From Iphione sp. A-MEVVRFRX5 (Eukaryota), in assembly GCA_976226885.1 (NCBI GenBank), contig OZ320322.1, positions 27,218,001 through 27,282,000 on the forward strand: DNA of 64,000 bases, given 5' to 3'. Every line of letters begins with the position of its first letter. Positions within the stretch are counted from its first letter, which is position 1. The notes below the pieces were generated by a model, which was given only the letters and a program-made list of their open reading frames with translations, did not search any database and was not told where the DNA came from. The position numbers were made by a program, and so were the translations under genes. Shown in pieces: positions 36,736 through 51,700 of this stretch.

Positions 36736-39700
36736 GCAGTATACCCCAATGGAGGGAGCAACTCAGCAGCAGGTGAGCGACTCAACTGATCTTCCAGGGG
36801 CAGTACAGCCTCCCGCCTCCCAGGCCCCCTGCATGACGAGCTCTGACATTGAGAGAGTAGAGGGCACGGGCCCAGTCAGTAAAGAGTCTCTGCCTCAAGA
36901 GGCCATTGCGGGGCAGACTTATAGCAGGGGAACGGAATACGGTGATAAATTGGAAATGGAATCATCAGCGGTTCCACCAGGGGAAGGGTTGGCACAAACA
37001 GCGCAGGGCGGGGCGCGTAGTGAGGTGGTGTCTGCAATGACTGTTCAGACAGGTGTTCTTGTGCCGCCTCCCAGCAAAATGCTAAAACAGGGTGATGGAG
37101 GGGAACATATACCGGGACAAAAACGTTGGCCGCCTGATGGAGACGATACGGGCCAACACAAAACCACCGCGACGCCTCCGCCTCTTCATGAGCCTCAAAA
37201 ACCTGCCGTTGCCATGGCGATTGGAAGCATTCCCAGTGCACATCAACAGCCGCCCGGCGCGGCCGTTGCCATGGGCACTGTCCCGGCGAGTTATGATGAA
37301 CAAATGAGAACGTTTGTAGGGGAGGATGGAGACGCTTTTCAAAAGGTTAAGGTGTCTGGAACCGTTCCAGATCCGTTAGAAATGACTATTGTCCAGCCAA
37401 AAGCTGACGTTGTTCGCTCTCCTCCGACGCATGGTAAAGATGATGAATTTCAAGCGGACTCCCAAGAAGAGAGACGAAAGATGGAAGCAACTGGGGAGCT
37501 GTCCTCAGAAGGTGTTGGTATCAAAACAAGGCCTATGGCATCGCACCCTTCACCCAGCCAAGAGATGCCCCAGTCTGCTCAGATAGAACAGACATTACCC
37601 ACAAATATGCCACCGCCACCTCCCGTCCCTATGAGAGTTTCATCCAGAACGGCAGAGACAGAATCACCCATACCCCGACCAGCTAAAAGGCCCTCCTCGG
37701 AAGAAAACGTTAAAAGGGCGCCGAAAAGGCCAACAGGTCCACCGCCCCCAATACCTCCTAGAAAGCCGAAGGTCAAGATACAGGACGGAAAGGTCGTTAA
37801 GGTTGAAAGTTCAGATGAGGCTCACCCGCAGGAGACCCCGGTATGTAGCAGCGGAGTGGAGCAAGAGGCTGCTGCCGACGACGACGACGTATTCCTTCCC
37901 CAATCGGCTGTCATCATAGAAGGAAGGACAGGGGCTCGAGTGGAGAGGAAGGATTCGCTGGAGGGCAGCGGTAGTCCCAAATCCAAGTCGGGATTAGATA
38001 TCTGTTGGGTACCTACCGATGTACAGCCGCATGTGCGGCACCCGTCCGACCTTGACAACGTCATCGAGTCCCCAGAGGAAGAAGAGGTCTTGTCTCGGGA
38101 GCACACTGTCACGGGAGCAGACGTTGTCGATGCTATCGAGAGAAAGATTGGCACCCAGAGTCCCACCACAGCGCAGATCATGACGAACGTGCTGGGGGCG
38201 GCCGGAGCGGAGCAATTACTAGGCCTCTCTGTCATCCCGGAGGTCGAGTCAGAGGACGAGGCCAAACTCGGTCGTAAAGCCAAAGGCGTGGGGACTGGCC
38301 TGGATCATCCTAGTGGTGTTGAAAAGCCTCAAGATAAGCCGATCACGGAGGCCGAGCCGAGCACTGCCGAGACGAAGTCGGCGCCGCAGGACGTCCCCGC
38401 ACCTGAGATGACTTCTAGCCTCGTGAGATCGGAAGGAGCGGCTTCCGACGACTTCGAGGTGGAGATCACCGGCGCCATCGAGGAGATGGCTCCTTTGCTG
38501 TCATCGGAGGACGACGGGGACGTCCTGGACGGCATGGACGACGAGCCCTACGTGGAAATCCCGGAGACCCCTGCAACCGGGGAGCAGGCCACTCGGCGGC
38601 AGTTCAGTCGCATCTGGGAGCTGCAGGGCCAGCCCAGCAGGGACTATGATGAAAGCAGCGCCTGTGTGGTCGACGAGCCGTCGTCACCGCTCGAGGCGGC
38701 TGCTAGCGAGGGCGTCAGGTACCACAGGCGGGAAAAGCTGCAGCTGTCAGGGCCAGGGCTACAGGAGGTAGCAATGGATGCAGCTGACAGTCTCTCCGCC
38801 GAACAGGCTGCCAGGGAGACTGCCTTGTATGAGGAAGCCATGGAAGTAGGCGACACGATCGGTGCTGATGCTCTACCCCCACCCAGACGGGAGGAGTCGC
38901 CTGAAGACGTGAAGAAGAAACCAGAAGAGATGGACATCGACTTGTCCACTGAGATGGGGAGAATGCAGGAGAAATTAACGGAGGAGCTTCAGTACACCAC
39001 CAACGAGAACAGGGATACCATGGAAGCTGAACCAATTGGCTACGACCAACCTGCACGGGACATGAAAGAACCGGACGATCGGTATACATTAGATGCAAAG
39101 TTAGAACAGGAGCTAAGGTCAGCGTCAGAAGAGTTGATCTACCAAACGAACAACGGGGTTGGTCCTCCTCACCCTCGTCCTCCTCAACGGGAGGATACTC
39201 AGGACATGAAGACGCAGGTGGTGGAGATAGAGGAGCAACATGAGGTGGAGAACGTGCACATAGAATACGTGCACTACACACCGGTAAAGAGCACACAGGT
39301 GCCACCAGCAGAACCAGCGAATGTCCTCGAACCTGAGAGTGCTCAAGGGGTACAACAGACGGGCCCTGATATTCCAGTGATACGCCATGACGAAGTATTG
39401 GACGACTCTACGAGAGAATATGTCCCTGCGTACGGAGATATGAATTTCTCTTATTTTTATGATGTATTAGCTGAGGATATGAGAATAAAAGCGGAAATTC
39501 TTTCCAAAAGCCGCGAACAGCTGCATTTTGTGGAGAGATCGGTGTATGAGTTAGATGACGAGGATTTGCCTTCCGAGCATCTCCTGTATCCGAAATCCAC
39601 GATGAAAGTCTCCAAAAGCGAAGAGGTTTTACTGGACATTGATGAAGAGGAAGACGTCAGAGGAAAAGACAGGCCAAAGGCAGACTCTACAAATGCGCTG

Positions 39701-42700
39701 AACTTGGAGTACACATTGTATAACATACCGCATTCGTTATCTGAGGATAACATCGTCTCACTTTGTAACACGGGATATAAAAGTGTGGAAGAACTCCGAC
39801 AGGAGATCGAAGACGAGAACCTGCCAGTGGAACGCCTGGAAATCGAGACGGGTACAATGAAGATTGCCAAAAGTGAAGAATTGCTCAATGTCAATGAAGA
39901 GGAAAAAGTTGAACATCTCATTTACGAACAATCTGTTATTCCGTACGAGGACTATGCCAGTAGCAGCGAGGATGCTGGTGCCGAGAAAATGGCTAAACCT
40001 GTTAAGCCAAAGATAGCAAAACCTGGTCGACTCACAAACGAAGAGAGGAGGAGAGAGCGAGTACTACGGAAGCTAGACGCCTACCGTCTGGCCCAACTTC
40101 GTCCCGTTCGATTCGTTCGAGGCGTTCCGGAAAGATTGACCGACAGTTTTTCTACCCTGGAAAAGAAGAAAAAGCCTAAGAAAAAAGAAGCTGACAACAG
40201 TACAACACCATTTCACGAGGTTGACCAACAAGTGCTGGAAAAGACTCCTCATCAGGAGATAGAACGGCTACCCGAGTATGGTAGGCCTTTACCTCTATCT
40301 ATTGACAGGCCCACAGCAGGGATGGAATTGAAGGACGAACCACATAAGATCATACAACAAGATCAGGCAGTACCTGAGCGGCCGACCTCCTTTGCCGCTC
40401 CGGCCAGGATCTCCGGGGTTCCTGACCCACGGTTCGTATCTGATACCCTGCAGCGGGAGAGCGATCTTAGAATAGAGCGGAGTCGATTAGAAGAAAGATC
40501 GAAGGAGTATTCACAATTACCAGAGGAGAGAATAATACAGCAGGAACAGGCAGTACCTGAACGGCCGACTTCCTACGCTGCCCCGACCAGGATCTCCGAG
40601 GTTCCTGACTCAAGGTTTATAACTGATAACCTGCAGCGAGATATTGACCTCAGAATAGAGCGGGATCAGCTAGAAGAAAAGCCAAAACTACCAGAGGAGA
40701 GAATAACTGTGGAAGATAAATTAGCTGCACCTAAACAAGATCAACTACAAAGGGAAAGAATAGTCCAGGGTGAAGTGGAGAGAATAGCATTAGATCGTGA
40801 GTTTGGGGTGATAGATAGGTCAAGGAGTGTTTCTCCACAGACAACATCAAAACCTAGTGATATGGACACATTCGAAGAAGCACTTCCCGGTGATACGGAG
40901 GAGGATTGGTCTGAAGTAATCGAGTCGGTAATCGACAGTCTTGAAGAAGACACACTGGATACCCATCTCAGGAAGCCTGTAGACAAAAAGGGCACACTAG
41001 TTGATCAATCTGACATGCTAGAAATAATTTCTGCTACTCCAGTATCACCAGATGATTACAGTATAAAGGGAGACACAGAACTATCAAAAGGTATCGAGGA
41101 AAGACCAGTAAGTTCACTGCAAAGACGAGAAGATGAAAGGACAATAGAAACAACGGCTGTTGGGGACATGATGGACGTGGACCTTGAGTTATCGAAACAG
41201 ATTGGACCAGTACAGGACTCCCTAGATGTACGCTTCAAAGAAAGGGGAGAAGACCAGGTATACGAGGCGAAATTCAAGGAAGAATCCTTATTACTGTCGA
41301 GAAGGGACGAAGAGCTTCCCATGAAACCAGTAGAGGCGGACCAAAAACCACCGTCCGATGTCATTCAGTCGCAGCCCGAACTGTATCAGGCCGGTTTTAA
41401 AACAGAGACATTAGCAGGTGACACACCAACGGGTGGGTTTTTACAGCTAGGAGGGCTTCACACACCACCAGCAGTCGACAGGCTCGAACAAGTCGGGGAC
41501 ACTGAAAAAGATCAGAGGGTAGAGGAAACAGACCGTCCCGCTGGGGAGGGTGACAATATGATTTCTAGTGTACCAGAAGCTACACTGATAGGGAGGACAA
41601 CAGAAGAAGGAATGTTGCTACAACCATCTAGGCTGGAACAGTATGTTGAAGATCCACTGGAGAGGTCGGGCATCATTTCTCCCAGACCCCATTCAATGGT
41701 AGTTGACGAGTATGTTGTAGACAGTCCTATCGTACCGGTGCTGGAATTGAAGGTGACACAGCAAGATCAGGCCATAGATGAACGACAGCCAGCGCCATTT
41801 GCTTTTGTAATGGAGGAGGAAAGCGCAGGGGAAGCAGACGTACTCGAGATTGAGCCTTCAACTGAACATCTTCAAACTGATGTTGAAAAATATCAGCCCG
41901 TACAAATTGTCCAGGAACAAAAGTCATTCGACGACGAGGAAGACGTCTTGATTAAGGAAGTTTTAGACGAGCAACAGTCAAAATTATCAGACGAAACGAA
42001 AGGGGAGGAGATAATTATCACTGAGGTACAGCCGCAAGATATTGACACGACACCCGACGGAGAAATACAAGTGACACGACCGGAGCTGTCCACGATGCAA
42101 CAGGAGCTTGGTGTTCCGATGGAGAAATCCGAGTTGATTTCTCCCCGGCCAGTGTCTTTGAATGTGGAAGAATCGGTGATAACATACCCGATCTCTGCAG
42201 GGAGTGACCTACAGATAAGCCAGGCTGATCAGTCCGCCCTTGAACAAAAATCATCTCCCATGGTATTAATGGAAGGAGAAACTATGAAATGGCCAGAGGC
42301 TTACACGGTACACCCATCTCTGGATGTACCAAAAAGGGACTTAGGTGCAGCTGAGGAAATCATTCAGACTAATAAAGTTCAGTTATCATCGCCAAAACAA
42401 TTTGCTCTGGAGCAAGATATTACCACTACAGTTGAAAGGCCAGCCACCATTCCCGGCAGACCCCCTTCAATGAATGTTGATATTCATATAGACAAAGACG
42501 TTTCTCAGGGAAAGGAAGATGTTATTGAAGGCAAGACATCGCTAGAGCAACTGGACAGTACAGCCGAATCAGATCGTATGATTCCTCACATTCCAATGGA
42601 AGACAAAAATGTTCCATTTCCTGAAACAGTGGCACTCTCTGCTGATAGTCAGACTGACGATATTCAAATACCTAAACCAGACCAACTCACTATACCAAAT

Positions 42701-45700
42701 CAGGAGGTAGTAATAGTACACCAACCTGATCAGTCTGTTTTGGCTCAAGAAGTGACACCAATCCAAACAACACAGGAAGAAATTATTAAAGAACCAGAGA
42801 CCATTCAAGTACAGCCATCAGTCGATACACTCGAGAAAGATGTTTTGAAGTATCAGCCTGAACAGATTACAGAAGAATTAGTTCCTGAGAAAGAGGATAT
42901 CCCAACTGAAAAAGTGGAGGACATTCCTTCTCCTGGTTTAAGCCAAGTTGATGTCAAGAAGGATGAGCATGTCTTAGATGTTGATCAATCTGAGCTGGTA
43001 ATAGAAAAAGTCTTTGAGACAGAAAAAGTGGAAATCAGTTGGCCTGAACAATCTGCTCTACAACAAGAGATGAGAGCCACAATTGAGAAATCAGAGATGA
43101 TTGCTCCACAGCCTTCACCTCTTCATCTCGATGAATCTATCATTCAACCTCCTGCTCCACAAGATAAAGATATCAAGATTAGCCAACCTGATCAGTCTGT
43201 TATGGCACAAGACGTGACACCCATCGCAACAACACAGGGAGAAATCATTCAAGAGCCAGAGACTACTGAAATACAGCCATCAGTAGATACTCTTGAGAGA
43301 GATGTTTTGAAATATCAGCCAGAACAAATTGCACAAGAAGTAATCCCTGAGAAAGAGGAAGCTGTTAGTGAAAGGTTGGAAGATATACTTCAGCCTGATT
43401 CAACAAAGGTTGATGTTACTGAAGAGGAGCTGCCACCAGTTTTAGAGGATAAGGAATTGCTCATAGCAAAACAAGCTGAACCTCAGAAGGTGGAGATCAG
43501 TTCACCTGAACAATCTGCACTTCCACAGGAGATGGGAGACACTATTGGGAAATCAGAAATGATTGCTCCACAACCTACATCTATTCATCTGGATGAATCA
43601 ATTGTTGAACCTACTCTTCCACAAGATAAAGATGTCAAGATCAGTCAACCTGATCAGTCTGTTGTGGCTCAAGAAGTGACACCAATCCAAACAACACAGG
43701 AAGAAATTATTAAAGAACCAGAGACCATTCAAGTACAGCCATCAGTCGATACACTCGAGAAAGATGTTTTGAAGTATCAGCCTGAACAGATTACAGAAGA
43801 ATTAGTTCCTGAGAAAGAGGATATCCCAACTGAAAAAGTGGAGGACATTCCTTCTCCTGGTTTAAGCCAAGTTGATGTCAAGAAGGATGAGCATGTCTTA
43901 GATGTTGATCAATCTGAGCTGGTAATAGAAAAAGTCTTTGAGACAGAAAAAGTGGAAATCAGTTGGCCTGAACAATCTGCTCTACAACAAGAGATGAGAG
44001 CCACAATTGAGAAATCAGAGATGATTGCTCCACAGCCTTCACCTCTTCATCTCGATGAATCTATCATTCAACCTCCTGCTCCACAAGATAAAGATATCAA
44101 GATTAGCCAACCTGATCAGTCTGTTATGGCACAAGACATGACACCCATCGCAACAACACAGGGAGAAATCATTCAAGAGCCAGAGACTACGGAAATACAG
44201 CTATCAGTAGATACTCTTGAGAAAGATGTTTTGAAATATCAGCCAGAACAAATTGCACAAGAAGTAATCCCTGAGAAAGAGGAAGGTGTGAGTGAAAGGT
44301 TGGAAGATATACCTCAGCCTGATTCAACAAAGGTTGATGTTACTGAAGAGGAGCTGCCACCAGTTTTAGAGGATAAGGAATTGCTCATAGCAAAACAAGC
44401 TGAACCTCAGAAGGTGGAGATCAGTTCATCTGAACAATCTGCACTTCCACAGGAGATGGGAGACACTATTGGGAAATCAGAAATGATTGCTCCACAACCT
44501 ACATCTATTCATTTGGATGAATCAATTGTTGAACCTACTCTTCCACAAGATAAAGATGTCAAGATCAGTCAACCTGATCAGTCTGTTGTGGCTCAAGAAG
44601 TGACACCAATCCAAACAACACAGGAAGAAATTATTAAAGAACCAGAGACCATTCAAGTACAGCCATCAGTCGATACACTCGAGAAAGATGTTTTGAAGTA
44701 TCAGCCTGAACAGATTACAGAAGAATTAGTTCCTGAGAAAGAGGATATCCCAACTGAAAAAGCGGAGGACATTCCTTCTCCTGGTTTAAGCCAAGTTGAT
44801 GTCAAGAAGGATGAGCATGTCTTAGATGTTGATCAATCTGAGCTGGTAATAGAAAAAGTCTTTGAGACAGAAAAAGTGGAAATCAGTTGGCCTGAACAAT
44901 CTGCTCTACAACAAGAGATGAGAGCCACAATTGAGAAATCAGAGATGATTGCTCCACAGCCTTCACCTCTTCATCTCGATGAATCTATCATTCAACCTCC
45001 TGCTCCACAAGATAAAGATATCAAGATTAGCCAACCTGATCAGTCTGTTATGGCACAAGACGTGACACCCATCGCAACAACACAGGGAGAAATCATTCCA
45101 GAGCCAGAGACTACTGAAATACAGCCATCAGTAGGTACTCTTGAGAAAGATGTTTTGAAATATCAGCCAGAACAAATTGCACAAGAAGTAATCCCTGAGA
45201 AAGAGGAAGGTGTTAGTGAAAGGTTGAAAGATATACCTCAGCCTGATTCAACAAAGGTTGATGTTACTGAAGAGGAGCTGCCACCAGTTTTAGAGGATAA
45301 GGAATTGCTCATAGCAAAACAAGCTGAACCTCAGAAGGTGGAGATCAGTTCACCTGAACAATCTGCACTTCCACAGGAGATGGGAGACACTATTGGGAAA
45401 TCAGAAATGATTGCTCCACAACCTACATGTATTCATTTGGATGAATCAATTGTTGAACCTACTCTTCCACAAGATAAAGATGTCAAGATCAGTCAACCTG
45501 ATCAGTCTGTTGTGGCTCAAGAAGTGACACCAATCCAAACAACACAGGAAGAAATTATTAAAGAACCAGAGACCATTCAAGTACAGCCATCAGTCGATAC
45601 ACTCGAGAAAGATGTTTTGAAGTATCAGCCTGAACAGATTACAGAAGAATTAGTTCCTGAGAAAGAGGATATCCCAACTGAAAAAGTGGAGGACATTCCT

Positions 45701-48700
45701 TCTCCTGGTTTAAGCCAAGTTGATGTCAAGAAGGATGAGCATGTCTTAGATGTTGATCAATCTGAGCTGGTAATAGAAAAAGTCTTTGAGACAGAAAAAG
45801 TGGAAATCAGTTGGCCTGAACAATCTGCTCTACAACAAGAGATGAGAGCCACAATTGAGAAATCAGAGATGATTGCTCCACAGCCTTCACCTCTTCATCT
45901 CGATGAATCTATCATTCAACCTCCTGCTCCACAAGATAAAGATATCAAGATTAGCCAACCTGATCAGTCTGTTATGGCACAAGACGTGACACCCATCGCA
46001 ACAACACAGGGAGGAATCATTCAAGAGCCAAAGACTACTGAAATACAGCCATCAGTAGATACTCTTGAGAAAGATGTTTTGAAATATCAGCCAGAACAAA
46101 TTGCACAAGAAGTAATCCCTGAGAAAGAGGAAGGTGTTAGTGAAAGGTTGGAAGATATACCTCAGCCTGATTCAACAAAGGTTGATGTTACTGAAGAGGA
46201 GCTGCCACCAGTTTTAGAGGATAAGGAATTGCTCATAGCAAAACAAGCTGAACCTCAGAAGGTGGAGATCAGTTCACCTGAACAATCTGCACTTCCACAG
46301 GAGATGGGAAACACTATTGGGAAATCAGAAATGATTGCTCCACAACCTACATCTATTCATTTGGATGAATCAATTGTTGAACCTACTCTTCCACAAGATA
46401 AAGATGTCAAGATCAGTCAACCTGATCAGTCTGTTGTGGCTCAAGAAGTGACACCAATCCAAACAACACAGGAAGAAATTATTAAAGAACCAGAGACCAT
46501 TCAAGTACAGCCATCAGTCGATACACTCGAGAAAGATGTTTTGAAGTATCAGCCTGAACAGATTACAGAAGAATTAGTTCCTGAGAAAGAGGATATCCCA
46601 ACTGAAAAAGTGGAGGACATTCCTTCTCCTGGTTTAAGCCAAGTTGATGTCAAGAAGGATGAGCATGTCTTAGATGTTGATCAATCTGAGCTGGTAATAG
46701 AAAAAGTCTTTGAGACAGAAAAAGTGGAAATCAGTTGGCCTGAACAATCTGCTCTACAACAAGAGATGAGAGCCACAATTGAGAAATCAGAGATGATTGC
46801 TCCACAGCCTTCACCTCTTCATCTCGATGAATCTATCATTCAACCTCCTGCTCCACAAGATAAAGATATCAAGATTAGCCAACCTGATCAGTCTGTTATG
46901 GCACAAGACGTGACACCCATCGCAACAACACAGGGAGAAATCATTCAAGAGCCAGAGACTACTGAAATACAGCCATCAGTAGATACTCTTGAGAAAGATG
47001 TTTTGAAATATCAGCCAGAACAAATTGCACAAGAAGTAATCCCTGAGAAAGAGGAAGCTGTTAGTGAAAGGTTGGAAGATATACCTCAGCCTGATTCAAC
47101 AAAGGTTGATGTTACTGAAGAGGAGCTGCCACCAGTTTTAGAGGATAAGGAATTGCTCATAGCAAAACAAGCTGAACCTCAGAAGGTGGAGATCAGTTCA
47201 CCTGAACAATCTGCACTTCCACAGGAGATGGGAGACACTATTGGGAAATCAGAAATGATTGCTCCACAACCTACATGTATTCATCTGGATGAATCAATTG
47301 TTGAACCTACTCTTCCACAAGATAAAGATGTCAAGATCAGTCAACCTGATCAGTCTGTTGTGGCTCAAGAAGTGACACCAATCCAAACAACACAGGAAGA
47401 AATTATTAAAGAACTAGAGACCATTCAAGTACAGCCATCAGTCGATACACTCGAGAAAGATGTTTTGAAGTATCAGCCTGAACAGATTACAGAAGAATTA
47501 GTTCCTGAGAAAGAGGATATCCCAACTGAAAAAGTGGAGGACATTCCTTCTCCTGGTTTAAGCCAAGTTGATGTCAAGAAGGATGAGCATGTCTTAGATG
47601 TTGATCAATCTGAGCTGGTAATAGAAAAAGTCTTTGAGACAGAAAAAGTGGAAATCAGTTGGCCTGAACAATCTGCTCTACAACAAGAGATGAGAGCCAC
47701 AATTGAGAAATCAGAGATGATTGCTCCACAGCCTTCACCTCTTCATCTCGATGAATCTATCATTCAACCTCCTGCTCCACAAGATAAAGATATCAAGATT
47801 AGCCAACCTGATCAGTCTGTTATGGCACAAGACGTGACACCCATCGCAACAACACAGGGAGAAATCATTCAAGAGCCAAAGACTACTGAAATACAGCCAT
47901 CAGTAGATACTCTTGAGAAAGATGTTTTGAAATATCAGCCAGAACAAATTGCACAAGAAGTAATCCCTGAGAAAGAGGAAGGTGTTAGTGAAAGGTTGGA
48001 AGATATACCTCAGCCTGATTCAACAAAGGTTGATGTTACTGAAGAGGAGCTGCCACCAGTTTTAGAGGATAAGGAATTGCTCATAGCAAAACAAGCTGAA
48101 CCTCAGAAGGTGGAGATCAGTTCACCTGAACAATCTGCACTTCCACAGGAGATGGGAGACACTATTGGGAAATCAGAAATGATTGCTCCACAACCTACAT
48201 CTATTCATTTGGATGAATCAATTGTTGAACCTACTCTTCCACAAGATAAAGATGTCAAGATCAGTCAACCTGATCAGTCTGTTGTGGCTCAAGAAGTGAC
48301 ACCAATCCAAACAACACAGGAAGAAATTATTAAAGAACCAGAGACCATTCAAGTACAGCCATCAGTCGATACACTCGAGAAAGATGTTTTGAAGTATCAG
48401 CCTGAACAGATTACAGAAGAATTAGTTCCTGAGAAAGAGGATATCCCAACTGAAAAAGTGGAGGACATTCCTTCTCCTGGTTTAAGCCAAGTTGATGTCA
48501 AGAAGAATGAGCATGTCTTAGATGTTGATCAATCTGAGCTGGTAATAGAAAAAGTCTTTGAGACAGAAAAAGTGGAAATCAGATGGCCTGAACAATCTGC
48601 TCTACAACAAGAGATGAGAGCCACAATTGAGAAATCAGAGATGATTGCTCCACAGCCTTCACCTCTTCATCTCGATGAATCTATCATTCAACCTCCTGCT

Positions 48701-51700
48701 CCACAAGATAAAGATATCAAGATTAGCCAACCTGATCAGTCTGTTATGGCACAAGACGTGACACCCATCGCAACAACACAGGGAGAAATCATTCAAGAGC
48801 CAGAGACTACTGAAATACAGCCATCAGTAGATACTCTTGAGAAAGATGTTTTGAAATATCAGCCAGAACAAATTGCACAAGAAGTAATCCCTGAGAAAGA
48901 GGAAGGTGTTAGTGAAAGGTTGGAAGATATACCTCAGCCTGATTCAACAAAGGTTGATGTTACTGAAGAGGAGCTGCCACCAGTTTTAGAGGATAAGGAA
49001 TTGCTCATAGCAAAACAAGCTGAACCTCAGAAGGTGGAGATCAGTTCACCTGAACAATCTGCACTTCCACAGGAGATGGGAGACACTATTGGGAAATCAG
49101 AAATGATTGCTCCACAACCTACATCTATACATTTGGATGAATCAATTGTTGAACCTACTCTTCCACAAGATAAAGATGTCAAGATCAGTCAACCTGATCA
49201 GTCTGTTGTGGCTCAAGAAGTGACACCAATCCAAACAACACAGGAAGAAATTATTAAAGAACCAGAGACCATTCAAGTACAGCCATCAGTCGATACACTC
49301 GAGAAAGATGTTTTGAAGTATCAGCCTGAACAGATTACAGAAGAATTAGTTCCTGAGAAAGAGGATATCCCAACTGAAAAAGTGGAGGACATTCCTTCTC
49401 CTGGTTTAAGCCAAGTTGATGTCAAGAAGGATGAGCATGTCTTAGATGTTGATCAATCTGAGCTGGTAATAGAAAAAGTCTTTGAGACAGAAAAAGTGGA
49501 AATCAGTTGGCCTGAACAATCTGCTCTACAACAAGAGATGAGAGCCACAATTGAGAAATCAGAGATGATTGCTCCACAGCCTTCACCTCTTCATCTCGAT
49601 GAATCTATCATTCAACCTCCTGCTCCACAAGATAAAGATATCAAGATTAGCCAACCTGATCAGTCTGTTATGGCACAAGAAGTGACACCCATCGCAACAA
49701 CACAGGGAGAAATCATTCAAGAGCCAGAGACTACTGAAATACAGCCATCAGTAGATACTCTTGAGAAAGATGTTTTGAAATATCAGCCAGAACAAATTGC
49801 ACAAGAAGTAATCCCTGAGAAAGAGGAAGGTGTTAGTGAAAGGTTGGAAGATATACCTCAGCCTGATTCAACAAAGGTTGATGTTACTGAAGAGGAGCTG
49901 CCACCAGTTTTAGAGGATAAGGAATTGCTCATAGCAAAACAAGCTGAACCTCAGAAGGTGGAGATCAGTTCACCTGAACAATCTGCACTTCCACAGGAGA
50001 TGGGAGACACTATTGGGAAATCAGAAATGATTGCTCCACAACCTACATCTATTCATTTGGATGAATCAATTGTTGAACCTACTCTTCCACAAGATAAAGA
50101 TGTCAAGATCAGTCAACCTGATCAGTCTGTTGTGGCTCAAGAAGTGACACCAATCCAAACAACACAGGAAGAAATTATTAAAGAACCAGAGACCATTCAA
50201 GTACAGCCATCAGTCGATACACTCGAGAAAGATGTTTTGAAGTATCAGCCTGAACAGATTACAGAAGAATTAGTTCCTGAGAAAGAGGATATCCCAACTG
50301 AAAAAGTGGAGGACATTCCTTCTCCTGGTTTAAGCCAAGTTGATGTCAAGAAGAATGAGCATGTCTTAGATGTTGATCAATCTGAGCTGGTAATAGAAAA
50401 AGTCTTTGAGACAGAAAAAGTGGAAATCAGATGGCCTGAACAATCTGCTCTACAACAAGAGATGAGAGCCACAATTGAGAAATCAGAGATGATTGCTCCA
50501 CAGCCTTCACCTCTTCATCTCGATGAATCTATCATTCAACCTCCTGCTCCACAAGATAAAGATATCAAGATTAGCCAACCTGATCAGTCTGTTATGGCAC
50601 AAGACGTGACACCCATCGCAACAACACAGGGAGAAATCATTCAAGAGCCAGAGACTACTGAAATACAGCCATCAGTAGATACTCTTGAGAAAGATGTTTT
50701 GAAATATCAGCCAGAACAAATTGCACAAGAAGTAATCCCTGAGAAAGAGGAAGGTGTTAGTGAAAGGTTGGAAGATATACCTCAGCCTGATTCAACAAAG
50801 GTTGATGTTACTGAAGAGGAGCTGCCACCAGTTTTAGAGGATAAGGAATTGCTCATAGCAAAACAAGCTGAACCTCAGAAGGTGGAGATCAGTTCACCTG
50901 AACAATCTGCACTTCCACAGGAGATGGGAGACACTATTGGGAAATCAGAAATGATTGCTCCACAACCTACATCTATACATTTGGATGAATCAATTGTTGA
51001 ACCTACTCTTCCACAAGATAAAGATGTCAAGATCAGTCAACCTGATCAGTCTGTTGTGGCTCAAGAAGTGACACCAATCCAAACAACACAGGAAGAAATT
51101 ATTAAAGAACCAGAGACCATTCAAGTACAGCCATCAGTCGATACACTCAAGAAAGATGTTTTGAAGTATCAGCCTGAACAGATTACAGAAGAATTAGTTC
51201 CTGAGAAAGAGGATATCCCAACTGAAAAAGTGGAGGACATTCCTTCTCCTGGTTTAAGCCAAGTTGATGTCAAGAAGGATGAGCATGTCTTAGATGTTGA
51301 TCAATCTGAGCTGGTAATAGAAAAAGTCTTTGAGACAGAAAAAGTGGAAATCAGTTGGCCTGAACAATCTGCTCTACAACAAGAGATGAGAGCCACAATT
51401 GAGAAATCAGAGATGATTGCTCCACAGCCTTCACCTCTTCATCTCGATGAATCTATCATTCAACCTCCTGCTCCACAAGATAAAGATATCAAGATTAGCC
51501 AACCTGATCAGTCTGTTATGGCACAAGAAGTGACACCCATCGCAACAACACAGGGAGAAATCATTCAAGAGCCAGAGACTACTGAAATACAGCCATCAGT
51601 AGATACTCTTGAGAAAGATGTTTTGAAATATCAGCCAGAACAAATTGCACAAGAAGTAATCCCTGAGAAAGAGGAAGGTGTTAGTGAAAGGTTGGAAGAT

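Noticed and set aside
36770-36778. Internal phase-0 donor CAG|GTGAGC after codon 636
   Set aside because: About one such match is expected by chance in 26 kb; no supporting evidence without RNA data.
37822-39921. Long - strand ORFs (153, 196 and 154 aa) and similar ones at 55399-58972
   Set aside because: Antisense shadows of the giant ORF's biased codon usage; low-complexity S/L/F-rich translations with no independent signals.
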